A stretch of 50,853 bases of DNA from Candidatus Methylomirabilota bacterium. Lineage in GTDB: Bacteria; Methylomirabilota; Methylomirabilia; Rokubacteriales; DASRDR01. Where the stretch lies: the NCBI GenBank assembly GCA_035652475.1, contig DASRDR010000130.1, positions 1 to 50,853 on the forward strand. Direction: 5' to 3'. A program made the position numbers and the translations under genes. The notes below the pieces were generated by a model. The model did no database searches and had not been told where the DNA came from. It was given only the letters and a program-made list of their open reading frames with translations. Positions 11,326-20,302 of this stretch are shown in pieces (position 1 is the first letter of the stretch; each line of letters opens with the position of its first letter).

Positions 11326-12552
11326 ATGGCCCCCGGGGACCGGCGGACCGTCCCCTTCGTCCTCGCGGCGAAGGCGACCCGCACGTTCTGCTACGGCTAC
11401 CTCGGGGTGCTGCTCCCCGTGTACCTGGACCACCTCGGCGTCGGGCCGCGCGGGATCGGCGTCGCGGTGGCCCTCACCCTGGCCGCCAGCGCCGGGCTGA
11501 CCGTCGCGCTCCGCCGCCCGGTGGAGCGACTCGGAGGCCGGGCCGTCCTGGTCGCGCTGGCGGGGCTCATCGTGGTGGCCGGGGCGCTCCTGGCGACGGC
11601 GCGGTCGCCGGCCTGGGTCGTCCTGGCGGCGATGCTCGGGAACGTCGCGGTGAGCACGGGGGAGACCGGCCCGTTCCTCTCGATCGAGCAGGTCCTGGTC
11701 GCCCGCGCGGCCCCCCGGGGCCGCCTCACCCAGTGGATGAGCGCCTACTACCTGGTCGGCTACGCCGCGGCGGGCCTGGGGGCGCTGGCGGTGGCGGCCT
11801 CGACCGGCCGGGGGGCGCCGGCGGGGGTGGCGCCGTATGGGCTCCTCTTCTGGGTGTTCGCCGCCTCGGGCGCGCTCCAGGCGGCGCTCTACGCGCAGCT
11901 GCCCCCCACGCCGCCCCGGCAACCCGAGCGCGCGGGCGGGCGCCTGCCGTCCTCGGGGCTGATCTACCGGATCGCGGTCCTCTTCGCGCTCGACTCGTTC
12001 GCCGGCGGCTTCGTCCTCCAGAGCCTGATGGTGTACTGGCTCCACGTCCGGTTCGATCTCTCGGCGGCGGCGCTCGGCTCCGTGTTCTTCGGGACCCAGG
12101 TCCTGACCGTCTGTTCGCTCCTGATCGCCGCCAGCGCCGCCCGGCATCTCGGCCTCGTGAACACGATGGTCTTCTCCCACCTGGCCTCGAACGTGCTGCT
12201 GATCCTGATGGGGCTCGCGCCGACCGCGGCGCTGGCGGTGGGGCTCCTGCTCGCGCGCGCGCTGCTCTCGCAGATGGACGTCCCGACCCGCCAGACGTTC
12301 CTGATGCTGGTGGTCGGGGACGCGGAGCGCGAGGCGGCCGCGACGGTCACCAACGCCGGCCGGACCGTCAGCCAGGCGGTGAGCCCGGCGCTGACCGGGT
12401 ACGTGATGCAGGCGCTCGCGCTCTCGGCACCGTTCCTGCTGGGCGGCGGCCTCAAGATCGTCTACGACCTGCTGCTGTACGGCCTGTGCCGGCGAGCCGG
12501 CCTCACCGGCGCGGGCCTCACCGCGCGCGAGCGCGGGGGCTCAGCCGCATGA
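11326..12552 (+). CDS. MFS transporter
   Basis: About 12 predicted hydrophobic helices (FCYGYLGVLLPVYLDHLGV..., LIVVAGALLATA..., FFGTQVLTVCSLLIAASAA...). Internal ATG chosen at 11326; TACCCT lies 7 nt upstream. The upstream part of the track ORF is not protein-like. Confidence 0.78.
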   Translation: MAPGDRRTVPFVLAAKATRTFCYGYLGVLLPVYLDHLGVGPRGIGVAVALTLAASAGLTVALRRPVERLGGRAVLVALAGLIVVAGALLATARSPAWVVLAAMLGNVAVSTGETGPFLSIEQVLVARAAPRGRLTQWMSAYYLVGYAAAGLGALAVAASTGRGAPAGVAPYGLLFWVFAASGALQAALYAQLPPTPPRQPERAGGRLPSSGLIYRIAVLFALDSFAGGFVLQSLMVYWLHVRFDLSAAALGSVFFGTQVLTVCSLLIAASAARHLGLVNTMVFSHLASNVLLILMGLAPTAALAVGLLLARALLSQMDVPTRQTFLMLVVGDAEREAAATVTNAGRTVSQAVSPALTGYVMQALALSAPFLLGGGLKIVYDLLLYGLCRRAGLTGAGLTARERGGSAA

Positions 12553-13315
12553 GCAGGCGGTCGACCAGCCCGGGCGCCAGCTCGTTGGCGAGGAACAGGA
12601 GCCGGGCGGGCGGATAGGGATGCACCTCGGCCCGCGGGCGGCGGAGGGCGCCGACGATCGCCCGGGCGACGCGCTCCGCGCTCTGGACGGGCCCGCCCCG
12701 CCCCGGGCGGCCGAGCCGGTTCTCCTCGACGGCGGGGAACTCGGTCGCGGTGCCGATCGGGCACACGCACGTGACGTGGATCCCCGCCCCGGCAAGCTCC
12801 ATCCGGAGCGCCTCCGAGAGCCCGATCAGGGCGGCCTTGGACGCGACGTACGCCGCGCGGAACGGGCTGGCGCGCTTGCCGACGACCGAGGCGACGTTCA
12901 CGATGTGGCCCCCGCCCTGCCGGCGAAGGTGCGGCAGCGCGGCGACGATCCCGTGGACGGCGCCCAGGAAGTTGACCCGCATCAGGCGCTCGTAGTCGGC
13001 GACGGTGGTCGCCTCGACCGGCGCCAGGAGGCCGATCCCCGCGTTGTTGACCAGGACGTCGAGCCGGCCCCACGCCGCGACCGTCCCGTCGACCAGCGCG
13101 CGGACCGCGGCCGCGTCGGTGACGTCCGTGGGGACCACGCGCCCCTCGCCCCCGGCGGCCCGCACCCGCTCCGCCACCGCCTCCAGCCGGTCCCGGCGGC
13201 GCGCGGCCAGGACGACCCGCATGCCGGCCCCCCCGCACGCCACCGCGGTGGCCGCGCCGATCCCGCTCGACGCCCCGGTGACGACGGCTACGCGGCCGGC
13301 GAGCCCGCCCGCCAT
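12518..13315 (-). CDS. SDR-family oxidoreductase
   Basis: MAGGLAGRVAVVTGASSGIGAA (TGxxxGxG), NNAG, and YVASKAA (YxxxK). Start moved to the second ATG (13315) because GATAAT (13323-13328, minus strand) overlaps the first ATG. Confidence 0.88.
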   Translation of the reverse strand: MAGGLAGRVAVVTGASSGIGAATAVACGGAGMRVVLAARRRDRLEAVAERVRAAGGEGRVVPTDVTDAAAVRALVDGTVAAWGRLDVLVNNAGIGLLAPVEATTVADYERLMRVNFLGAVHGIVAALPHLRRQGGGHIVNVASVVGKRASPFRAAYVASKAALIGLSEALRMELAGAGIHVTCVCPIGTATEFPAVEENRLGRPGRGGPVQSAERVARAIVGALRRPRAEVHPYPPARLLFLANELAPGLVDRLLMRLSPRARAR

Positions 13316-13448
13316 GGGCGGCATTATCCCGGCCGCTCCCCGCGCCGGTCAACGCGCGGCCGCCGCGTGCTACGCTAGGCCGGCCGCGGGCGCGGCCCGC
13401 CGGCCGGCGGTGCGCTGCGCCCCGCCGACCTCGACCGCTGGAGGCTCC

Positions 13449-14072
13449 ATGTCCCTCGCCGCCGAGTTCGCCAGGCTCTCCCCGACCAGCGTCGCCGACG
13501 CCCTGACGCGCGACCGCGTGATGGACATCGGCATCCGGCCGCTCTGGCCGGGGATGCCGCGGGTGGCCGGTCCGGCCTACACCGTGCGATGCGCGCCGGG
13601 CGACAACCTGATGCTCCATGCGGCGATCTACCGCGCCGCGCCCGGCGACGTGGTCGTGGTCGAGGCGGGCGACGTCGACTACGCCGTGGCGGGCGGGAAC
13701 GTCTGCGCGGTCGCCCAGCGGCGCGGCATCGCGGCGTTCGTGGTGGACGGCGTGATCCGCGACGTGGCCGAGGCGCGCGAGCGCGCGTTCCCCGTCTTCG
13801 CGCGGGGCGTGATCCCGATCCCGGGCGGCAAGGAGGTCCTGGGGACGCTCGGCGAGCCGGTCCGGGTCGGCGGCGTCGAGGTCCACCCGGGCGACATCGT
13901 CGTGGCCGACGAGGAGGGGATCGCGGTGGTCCCGGCCGCCCGGGCCCGAGCCGTGCTGGAGGCCGCGCGCGCCCGCGCGAACAAGGACGCCGCGACGTCC
14001 CTCGACGACTGGGAGCGGGCGCACCGGGCGCGCATCGAGGAGACGCTCCGGCGCAAGGGGTTCGCGGGATGA
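13449..14072 (+). CDS. RraA-family protein (4-hydroxy-4-methyl-2-oxoglutarate aldolase / RNase E regulator-like)
   Basis: SD GGAGG lies 5 nt upstream of the ATG. Contains VADAL...GPAYTVRC.PGDNLMLHAAI...GDVVVVEAGD...AVAGGNVCAVAQRRGIAAFVVDGVIRD. Confidence 0.85.
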   Translation: MSLAAEFARLSPTSVADALTRDRVMDIGIRPLWPGMPRVAGPAYTVRCAPGDNLMLHAAIYRAAPGDVVVVEAGDVDYAVAGGNVCAVAQRRGIAAFVVDGVIRDVAEARERAFPVFARGVIPIPGGKEVLGTLGEPVRVGGVEVHPGDIVVADEEGIAVVPAARARAVLEAARARANKDAATSLDDWERAHRARIEETLRRKGFAG

Positions 14073-14096
14073 GCGCCGCCGGGGCCGGCTGAGCCG

Positions 14097-14492
14097 ATGA
14101 CGGTCGCGCGGCCAGGCTCGGTCGAGGCGGTCACGGCGGCCACGCGCGCCGCGATCGAGCGGTTCAGCGAGGCCTTCGGGCGGCACGACGTCGACGCGAT
14201 CATGGCGGCCATGACCGAGGATTGCGTCTTCGAGAACACCTGGCCCGCCCCGGACGGCGAGCGCCACGTCGGCCAGGCGGCGGTGCGGCGGGTGTGGGAG
14301 CGGTTCTTCCGCGAGACACCGTCGGCCGTGTTCGAGACCGAGGAGGTCTTCGCCGCGGGCGACCGGGGGGTCGTGCGGTGGACCTACCGCTGGCGCAACC
14401 CGGACGGGTCGGCGGGCCACGTGCGTGGGGTCGACGTCCTCCGCGTGCGCGGCGGGAAGATCGCCGAGAAGCTCTCCTACGTGAAGGGCTGA
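14097..14492 (+). CDS. SnoaL-like / NTF2-superfamily protein
   Basis: 131 aa with the typical pattern FSEAFGRHDVDAIMAAMTEDCVFE...GVDVLRVRGGKIAEKLSYVKG. Confidence 0.72.
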   Translation: MTVARPGSVEAVTAATRAAIERFSEAFGRHDVDAIMAAMTEDCVFENTWPAPDGERHVGQAAVRRVWERFFRETPSAVFETEEVFAAGDRGVVRWTYRWRNPDGSAGHVRGVDVLRVRGGKIAEKLSYVKG

Positions 14493-14635
14493 GCCCCGCC
14501 GGCGGCTCGCCCGGGTGGCGTTCCAGATCGAGGTGCCGTCCGCCGGCGTGCCCGCGGCGCCGTCCGCGACCCGGGGGCTCCGGCAGCACGCACCGAGCGG
14601 CCTCCGGCGCCGCCGGGCCGCGTCGGGGGTGGCCC

Positions 14636-15400
14636 TCAGCGCGTCGTGACGGTGAGGCCGGCGTCGATCACCAGCACCTGTCCCGTCACCCAGCGCGCCT
14701 CGTCGCTCGCCAGGTAGACGGCCCCCCAGCCGACGTCCCAGCCCGTCCCCTCGGTGCCGAGGGGGGTGGCCCGCCGCCGCCGCTCCCGCGCCTCGGGTCC
14801 GAGCGCCTCGACCATCGGGGTCCACACCGTGCCGGGCGCGATCGCGTTGACCCGGATCCCGTGGGGGCCGAGCTGCACCGCGACGCTCCGGACGAACCCG
14901 AGGATCCCGGCCTTGGCGGCGGCGTAGGCGGTGCGCCCGTGGCCACGGAGCCCCGCGATCGACGAGACGCAGATCACCGCCCCGCCGCCCCGCGCGATCA
15001 GGGCCGGGACGGCGGCCCGGGTCGCCAGGAACACGGACTTGAGATCGACCCGCACGACCTCGTCCCACTCGGCCTCGCTGGTGTCCAGGAGGTCCTTGCG
15101 GGACTCGATCCCGACGTTGTTGTGGAGGACGTCGAGGCCGCCCCAGCGCCCGACGGCCGCCTCGACCATCGCGCGACAGTCGTCGCCGCGCGTGACGTCC
15201 GCGGCCAGCGCGGCGGCCTCCCCGCCCTCGGCCCGGATGGCCGCGGCGGTCTCCTCCGCCCGCGCGAGCGCCTGGTCGACGCAGAGGACACGCGCGCCCT
15301 CCCGGGCGAAGAGGAGCGCGGCCGCCTTGCCGTTCCCCAGGCCCGGCCCGCGCGAGCCCGCCCCCGTGACGATCGCCACCTTCCCGCGCAGCCGATCCAT
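14636..15400 (-). CDS. SDR-family oxidoreductase
   Basis: MDRLRGKVAIVTGAGSRGPGLG...NNVG...YAAAKAG...PGTVWTP. Internal ATG at 15400 is preceded by GGAGAGGGAGGA. A TTGCGC-N18-GAGAAT promoter-like element lies further upstream. Confidence 0.9.
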   Translation of the reverse strand: MDRLRGKVAIVTGAGSRGPGLGNGKAAALLFAREGARVLCVDQALARAEETAAAIRAEGGEAAALAADVTRGDDCRAMVEAAVGRWGGLDVLHNNVGIESRKDLLDTSEAEWDEVVRVDLKSVFLATRAAVPALIARGGGAVICVSSIAGLRGHGRTAYAAAKAGILGFVRSVAVQLGPHGIRVNAIAPGTVWTPMVEALGPEARERRRRATPLGTEGTGWDVGWGAVYLASDEARWVTGQVLVIDAGLTVTTR

Positions 15401-15824
15401 CGCCCGCCGCCCATCCTCCCTCTCCGGAGGGGCTCCATTCTCGGGTAGACTCTTTGGACGGCGCAACTGGACCTGCCCGGGCGCGGGCATCCGCGAGCGG
15501 CGACCATCGGGGTTCGGATGCCGCTTGGCACCGATCCTCGCCGGCCCACACGATCGACGTGGAGCGGGCGGGAGGTCGGGCCGCCGTCCGCCGGGCGCCT
15601 CGGCAAGCCGCGGAGCACCGTCAGAAACTCACGGCCCCGGCGGCCCCGCGAACGGGCACGTGCAGTCCCATGGAGGAGACCCCTGCACGGTGCGCATCGC
15701 TGCCGCGTCCGGCCGGATGACCGTCGGGACGGCACGGTGCGCGCACCATCGCGACGACCTCGGGCGCCGGCGCCGCCGGGCGAGGATCCGCCCTCGGGCC
15801 TGCGCGGGGAGGGAGGGCCCACTC

Positions 15825-16409
15825 ATGGACGCCACGCTGCTCGCCGAGCTCGACGCGCTCTGGCAGGCTGGCGAGGCCAACGACGCCCGCGAGACCGACC
15901 GCCGGCGGCGGATGCTGAACATCACGCCGGACACCGGCCGCCTCCTCTGGATCCTCGCCCGTGCGGCGCGGGCGACGCGCATCCTCGAGGTCGGCACCTC
16001 CAACGCCTACTCGACCATCTGGCTGGCCGATGCCGCCCGGGCGATGGGCGGCCGGGTGACGACCCTCGAGCGCGAGCCGGCCAAGGTCGCGCTGGCGCGC
16101 GAGAACCTCGCCCGGGTGGGCCTCGCCGAGTGGGTGGAGCTCCGGGAGGGGCCCGCCGCCGAGACCCTGCCCCAGCTTCCGGGTCCCTTCGACCTGGTCT
16201 TCCTGGATGCCGACCGGCCGAGCTATCTCGCCTATCTCGAGCTGGTCGTCCCGCGTCTCGTCCCCGGCGGCCTCCTGGTGGCCGACAACGTCGTCTCGCA
16301 CGCCCACGAGCTCGGCGACTTCCTGGCCCGGCTCGCCTCGCATCCGGAGCTCTCGAGCGTGACGGTCCCCGTCGGCAAGGGCGAGGCGATCGCGATCCGG
16401 GCCCGCTGA
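15825..16409 (+). CDS. Class I SAM-dependent O-methyltransferase (family 3, caffeoyl-CoA OMT-like)
   Basis: RILEVGTSNAYSTIWLA...VTTLEREP...FDLVFLDADRPSYLAYLELVVPRLVPGGLLVADNV. SD GGGAGGGAGGG upstream. Confidence 0.85.
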   Translation: MDATLLAELDALWQAGEANDARETDRRRRMLNITPDTGRLLWILARAARATRILEVGTSNAYSTIWLADAARAMGGRVTTLEREPAKVALARENLARVGLAEWVELREGPAAETLPQLPGPFDLVFLDADRPSYLAYLELVVPRLVPGGLLVADNVVSHAHELGDFLARLASHPELSSVTVPVGKGEAIAIRAR

Positions 16410-16474
16410 CGCGCGCGGGCCAAGCGTCCAGGCCCCCGGCAGGGCGAGGCGATCGCGATCCGGGCCCGCTGACG
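16378..16474. repeat. 34-bp perfect direct repeat (16378-16411 and 16441-16474, period 63 bp) duplicating the last 10 codons plus stop of the methyltransferase gene
   Basis: AGGGCGAGGCGATCGCGATCCGGGCCCGCTGACG occurs twice. Degenerate GGGCGAGGCG(CG)ATCGCG copies follow at about 16574 and about 16607. Confidence 0.9.
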
Positions 16475-16658
16475 GGCGCCCGCGAGCTCCGCGGACGCGT
16501 CCGGGGGCCGGGCACGGATCCCGTGGCCGTGCGGGACGGCCCCCGCGCGGGGGCCTGCGCGGCTCCAGCGTCCGGGCGAGGCGCGATCGCGCCCCCGGGG
16601 GCTCGGGCGGGCGAGGCGCGCCGCGGCGCCCCGCCCGCGCCGGTCCCGAGCGGCGCGG

Positions 16659-18044
16659 TCAGGCGGGGATGACCGCTTTGATGGACGCGCGCACGGCCTC
16701 CAGCGCGCGGTCGAGCTGCTGCTCGGTGATGACGAGCGGCGGCGCCAGGAACACGTGCTCCGAGATGGTGCCATCGCCGACCGGGTAGCTCCGGACCCGG
16801 GTGACGAGGCCGCGCTTCTCCATCTCGCGCCGGATCCGGAGGCCGACCTTCTGATCGGGCGGGAATCCGGCCTTGGTCGTCCGGTCCGCGACCAGCTCCG
16901 CCGCGGCGATGAGCCCCTTGCCACCCCGGACGTCGCCGATCGGGTGGAGCTCCCGCTGGAGCTCGAGCAGTCCCTGGTAGAGCCGGGTGCCGAGCCGGGC
17001 CGAGCGCTCCCACAGCCGCTCCCGCTCCATGATCGCGAGGTTCGCGAGCCCCACCGCGCAGCACATCGGGTGGCCCGAGTAGGTGTAGGCGTGCATCCAG
17101 CGGTCCTCGGGCTTGACGGTGTTCATGGCCTCGAAGATGTCGTGCGAGACCACGATCCCGCCGAGCGGCGCGTACCCCGAGGTCACCGCCTTGGCGAACG
17201 ACTGGATGTCGGGCTGGACGTTCCAGTGCGTCAGCGCGAACCACTGGCCGGTCCGGCAGAACCCGGTGATCACCTCGTCGCCGATGAACAGGACCTCGTG
17301 CTTCGTGCAGATCTCGCGGACCCGCGGGAAGTAGTCGTCCGGCGGGACGATCACGCCACCGCCGCCGATGATCGGCTCGGCGATGAACGCCGCCACGGTG
17401 TCCGGTCCCTCGCGGAGGATCGCCTCCTCGAGCTCCCGGGCCGCCGCCTGGCCGACGGTCTCCCCCGCCCGCGCGCCCTGGTAGCGGTACGGGTACGGGG
17501 CCCCGATGTGGAGGAAGCCGGGGACCCGCGGCTCGAACATCTTCCAGTAGGGCGCCATGCCGGTCGCGCTCATCGCCTGGAGGGTGACGCCGTGGTACGC
17601 GTTCTGCCGGGCGATGATCTTGACCTTGTTCGGCTTCCCCTTCGCCTTCCAGTAGAAGCGCGCCGTCTTGAACGCCGACTCGTTCGCCTCGGCGCCGCCG
17701 CAGGCGAAGTAGACCGCGGCCATGTTGGGGTAGCTCAGGCCGACGATCTTCGTCGCCAGCTCGACGGCCGGGATGTTCGACGAGCCGACGTAGTTCGAGA
17801 AGTACGCGAGGCGCTTCATCTGGTCGTAGGCCGCCCGGGCCAGCTCCTCGCGCCCGTGCCCGACGCTCACGTTCCAGAGGCCGGACAGCCCGTCGATGTA
17901 CTCGTTCCCGTGGATGTCCTTGATGAGCGCCCCGTGGCCCTCGACCACCACCAGGGGCTCGGCGGCCTCCGAGGAGTGGTGGAGCGGGTGGATCAGATGG
18001 GACTGGTCGTTCTTGATCAGCTCGGCCGCCTGCGGCATCGCCAT
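16659..18044 (-). CDS. Class III (omega-type) pyridoxal-phosphate aminotransferase
   Basis: GNEYIDGLSGLWNVSVGHGREEL...GGAEANESAFK...NAYHGVT...FIGDEVITGFCRTG. ATG at 18044 with GGAGGAG 7 nt upstream. Confidence 0.93.
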   Translation of the reverse strand: MAMPQAAELIKNDQSHLIHPLHHSSEAAEPLVVVEGHGALIKDIHGNEYIDGLSGLWNVSVGHGREELARAAYDQMKRLAYFSNYVGSSNIPAVELATKIVGLSYPNMAAVYFACGGAEANESAFKTARFYWKAKGKPNKVKIIARQNAYHGVTLQAMSATGMAPYWKMFEPRVPGFLHIGAPYPYRYQGARAGETVGQAAARELEEAILREGPDTVAAFIAEPIIGGGGVIVPPDDYFPRVREICTKHEVLFIGDEVITGFCRTGQWFALTHWNVQPDIQSFAKAVTSGYAPLGGIVVSHDIFEAMNTVKPEDRWMHAYTYSGHPMCCAVGLANLAIMERERLWERSARLGTRLYQGLLELQRELHPIGDVRGGKGLIAAAELVADRTTKAGFPPDQKVGLRIRREMEKRGLVTRVRSYPVGDGTISEHVFLAPPLVITEQQLDRALEAVRASIKAVIPA

Positions 18045-18060
18045 CGAGGCTCCTCCAGGG

Positions 18061-18516
18061 CTAGGGGTTCTGGGCGTGCGCCGCCAGGTGGGCGCGCCAG
18101 TCACCGGACTCGACCCGCGGACCGCGGGTCCGGGCGGGGCCGAGTCGCTCGTTGTAGACGTAGACCCACGCCTCGCGGATCGCGCCGCCGGCGAGGCGGA
18201 CGGGAACGGACCGGCGGAGATAGAGGCTCCCCGCCTCGTCGGCGGGATCGTGCCACTCCTCGCGGTCCAGCGCCGGCAGGCGGGCCGCCAGGTCCGGCAC
18301 GCGGTAGAGCTCGCCCGCGACCCAGCCGGCCGCGTCGAGCACCACGCCGGGATACTCGCCGAAGTGGTAGAGCGACCCGCGGATCCGGCCGGGCCCCTCG
18401 AGGATCGCCGGACCGAGGAGCGGGCGCCGGGAGAAGCCCTCCATCAGGGTGCCGTAGGCGAAGACCCGGTCGGGACCGCCCACGGCCGCGGAACGCGCCG
18501 ACGCCACGCCGGTCAT
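18061..18516 (-). CDS. Gamma-glutamylcyclotransferase-like (GGACT/AIG2-like) protein
   Basis: VFAYGTLMEGF...GSLYHFGEYPGVV...GELY. Internal ATG at 18516 after GGAGGA. 16 nt upstream of the aminotransferase gene. Confidence 0.72.
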   Translation of the reverse strand: MTGVASARSAAVGGPDRVFAYGTLMEGFSRRPLLGPAILEGPGRIRGSLYHFGEYPGVVLDAAGWVAGELYRVPDLAARLPALDREEWHDPADEAGSLYLRRSVPVRLAGGAIREAWVYVYNERLGPARTRGPRVESGDWRAHLAAHAQNP

Positions 18517-18606
18517 TGTAGTCCTCCGGCCGGGGGGCGTCGAGGCGGACGGGGCATCCGCCCGGGACGCCATCCGCCCGCGACGGCATCCGCCCGCGGC
18601 GGCGGC

Positions 18607-18636
18607 TTGCCCGGGCGCGCGCGGGACCGCTATGAT
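18607..18636 (+). promoter_or_regulatory. sigma70-like promoter candidate, TTGCCC-N18-TATGAT, with the -10 only 8 nt from the GTG start (leaderless type)
   Basis: TTGCCC at 18607-18612, TATGAT at 18631-18636, GTG at 18645. No SD. Confidence 0.4.
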
Positions 18637-18644
18637 CGGGCCGC

Positions 18645-19916
18645 GTGGCTGCTCCGCCGTCGGCCGGACCGCGTCGTCGGTTCGCCCTGCTGGTGCTCCT
18701 CGGCGCGGTCGGCGTCGCGCTGCTCGCCGTGCCCGTGCGGCACCGGTGGTGGGGCGGGTGGCTCCTCGCGATCGCCGAGGCGGGGGTCGTCGGGGGGCTC
18801 GCCGACTGGTTCGCCGTCACCGCCCTCTTCCGCCGCCCGCTCGGGCTCCCCATCCCGCACACCGCGCTGATCCCCGCGAACTGGGAGCTCATGGCCGCGC
18901 GCGTGGGCACGATGGTCGGCGACCGCGTCCTCACCCGCGAGTACCTGGCCCGGGAGGTCGCCGCCGTCGACGTGGCCGGCCTCCTCCGCCGCGGCGCCGG
19001 GCGGCTGCGCCGCGAGGACCTGGACGCCCTCGGCCGGCGGGTCGGCGCCTGGCTCGCCGGCGAGGTCCCGCCGGGGGCGGTCCGGGAGCTGCTCGAGCGC
19101 GTCCGGGAGCTGGCCGGCCGCCGGCCCGCGGCGCCCGTCCTCGCGTGGGCGATCGAGGGCGCGCGGCGCGAGGGGTGGGATCGCCGCGTGGTCGCGGCGC
19201 TGGCGCGCGCCCTCGGCGAGGCGGCGGACCGGCCCGACGTCGTGCGGGCGCTGGACGCCGTGGTCGCCGACCTGCTCGGCCGCTACCGGGAGGGCGCCGG
19301 GACGTACCCGCGATTCTGGCTCGGGCTGGCCGAGCTGTTCGGGCTGGTCGACCGGGCGCGGATCGTCGAGGCGCTCCGGGCGGGGCTTCGCACCGTGGCC
19401 ACGGAGCCGGACCACCCGCTCCGCCTCGAGCTCCTCGCCGCGGTCGCCGAGCTGCCGGCCCGCCTCCGCACCGACCCCGCCCTCCAGGCGCGGGTCGAGG
19501 CGGCGAAGGCCGATCTCCTGGCCAGCGCGGCGGTGGCCGAGCTCGTGCGCGACGTCGCGGCCTCGCTCCACCGGACGCTGGTCGCCGATCTGGGCAGCGC
19601 GGAGTCGGCGGTGGTCGGCTGGACCGTCGAGCGGCTCGAGGACCTGCGGCGCGCGGTGGTCGACGATCCCGCCGTCGCGGCCGACGTGGACGCCTGGCTG
19701 AAGCGCCGGATGACCGAGCTGGTCGAGCGCCACCACGGCCGGCTGGCCGCGCTCGTCGAGGGCGGGATCCGCGCGCTCGGGCCGGAAGGGGCGGTACGGC
19801 TCATCGAGGACCAGGCGGGCGACGACCTCCAGTTCATCCGCGTGAACGGGACGGTGGTGGGCGGGCTCGCCGGCGGCGCGATCTACGCGGTCCACCTGCT
19901 GCTGAACTGGCGCTGA
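18645..19916 (+). CDS. DUF445-family membrane-associated protein
   Basis: N-terminal TM segment, then GGLADWFAVTALFRRPLGLPIPHTALIP, which I recognise as the DUF445 (YjiN-like) signature. The C-terminus has IRVNGTVVGGLAG. Confidence 0.72.
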   Translation: MAAPPSAGPRRRFALLVLLGAVGVALLAVPVRHRWWGGWLLAIAEAGVVGGLADWFAVTALFRRPLGLPIPHTALIPANWELMAARVGTMVGDRVLTREYLAREVAAVDVAGLLRRGAGRLRREDLDALGRRVGAWLAGEVPPGAVRELLERVRELAGRRPAAPVLAWAIEGARREGWDRRVVAALARALGEAADRPDVVRALDAVVADLLGRYREGAGTYPRFWLGLAELFGLVDRARIVEALRAGLRTVATEPDHPLRLELLAAVAELPARLRTDPALQARVEAAKADLLASAAVAELVRDVAASLHRTLVADLGSAESAVVGWTVERLEDLRRAVVDDPAVAADVDAWLKRRMTELVERHHGRLAALVEGGIRALGPEGAVRLIEDQAGDDLQFIRVNGTVVGGLAGGAIYAVHLLLNWR

Positions 19917-19941
19917 CCCGGGCGGCGCGCCGGCCGGGAGG

Positions 19942-19966
19942 GGCGGGGCCCCGGATCGGCCCCGCC
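19942..19966 (+). terminator. GC-rich hairpin, GGCGGGGCC-ccggatc-GGCCCCGCC, 26 nt after the DUF445 stop
   Basis: Perfect 9-bp stem with a 7-nt loop. A second hairpin, CCGGACCG-N11-CGGTCCGG, follows at 19964-19990. There is no T-tract, so it may be only a stabiliser or bidirectional barrier between convergent genes. Confidence 0.3.
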
Positions 19967-20302
19967 GGACCGCGGTGCGCCTCCGGTCCGGCCTGACGAC
20001 CGGCTCCGGGACGCTGGCCGGCGCCTCCCGTGGAGAGCCGGCGAGCCCCGTGGAGAAGGGCGGATGCTCACCCTCGCCAGGAGACCGGGAAACCCGGTCG
20101 AGGCGGCGCAGCGGGACCGCCCGGGGGTGCCGTCAGGCGGCCGGCGAGGTGGGCGGCCGCGGAGCGGCGGGGGCCGGCGCGTCCGGCGCGCGCGCGGGCT
20201 CCGTCCCGGAGCCCGTCGGCGGCACCGCTCAGCCGCGGCCCCGGCGGGAGAGCCACACGAGGAGCGCGGTCACCAGGCCGGCGCCGAGGATCCCCTCCCA
20301 GC

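Noticed and set aside
16378-16474. CRISPR-like geometry: 34-bp repeats with 29-30 bp spacers, here and at 40309-40406.
   Set aside because: There are only two copies per locus and the two loci have different repeat sequences. One copy is the coding end of a gene, and there are no cas genes or leader in the window.
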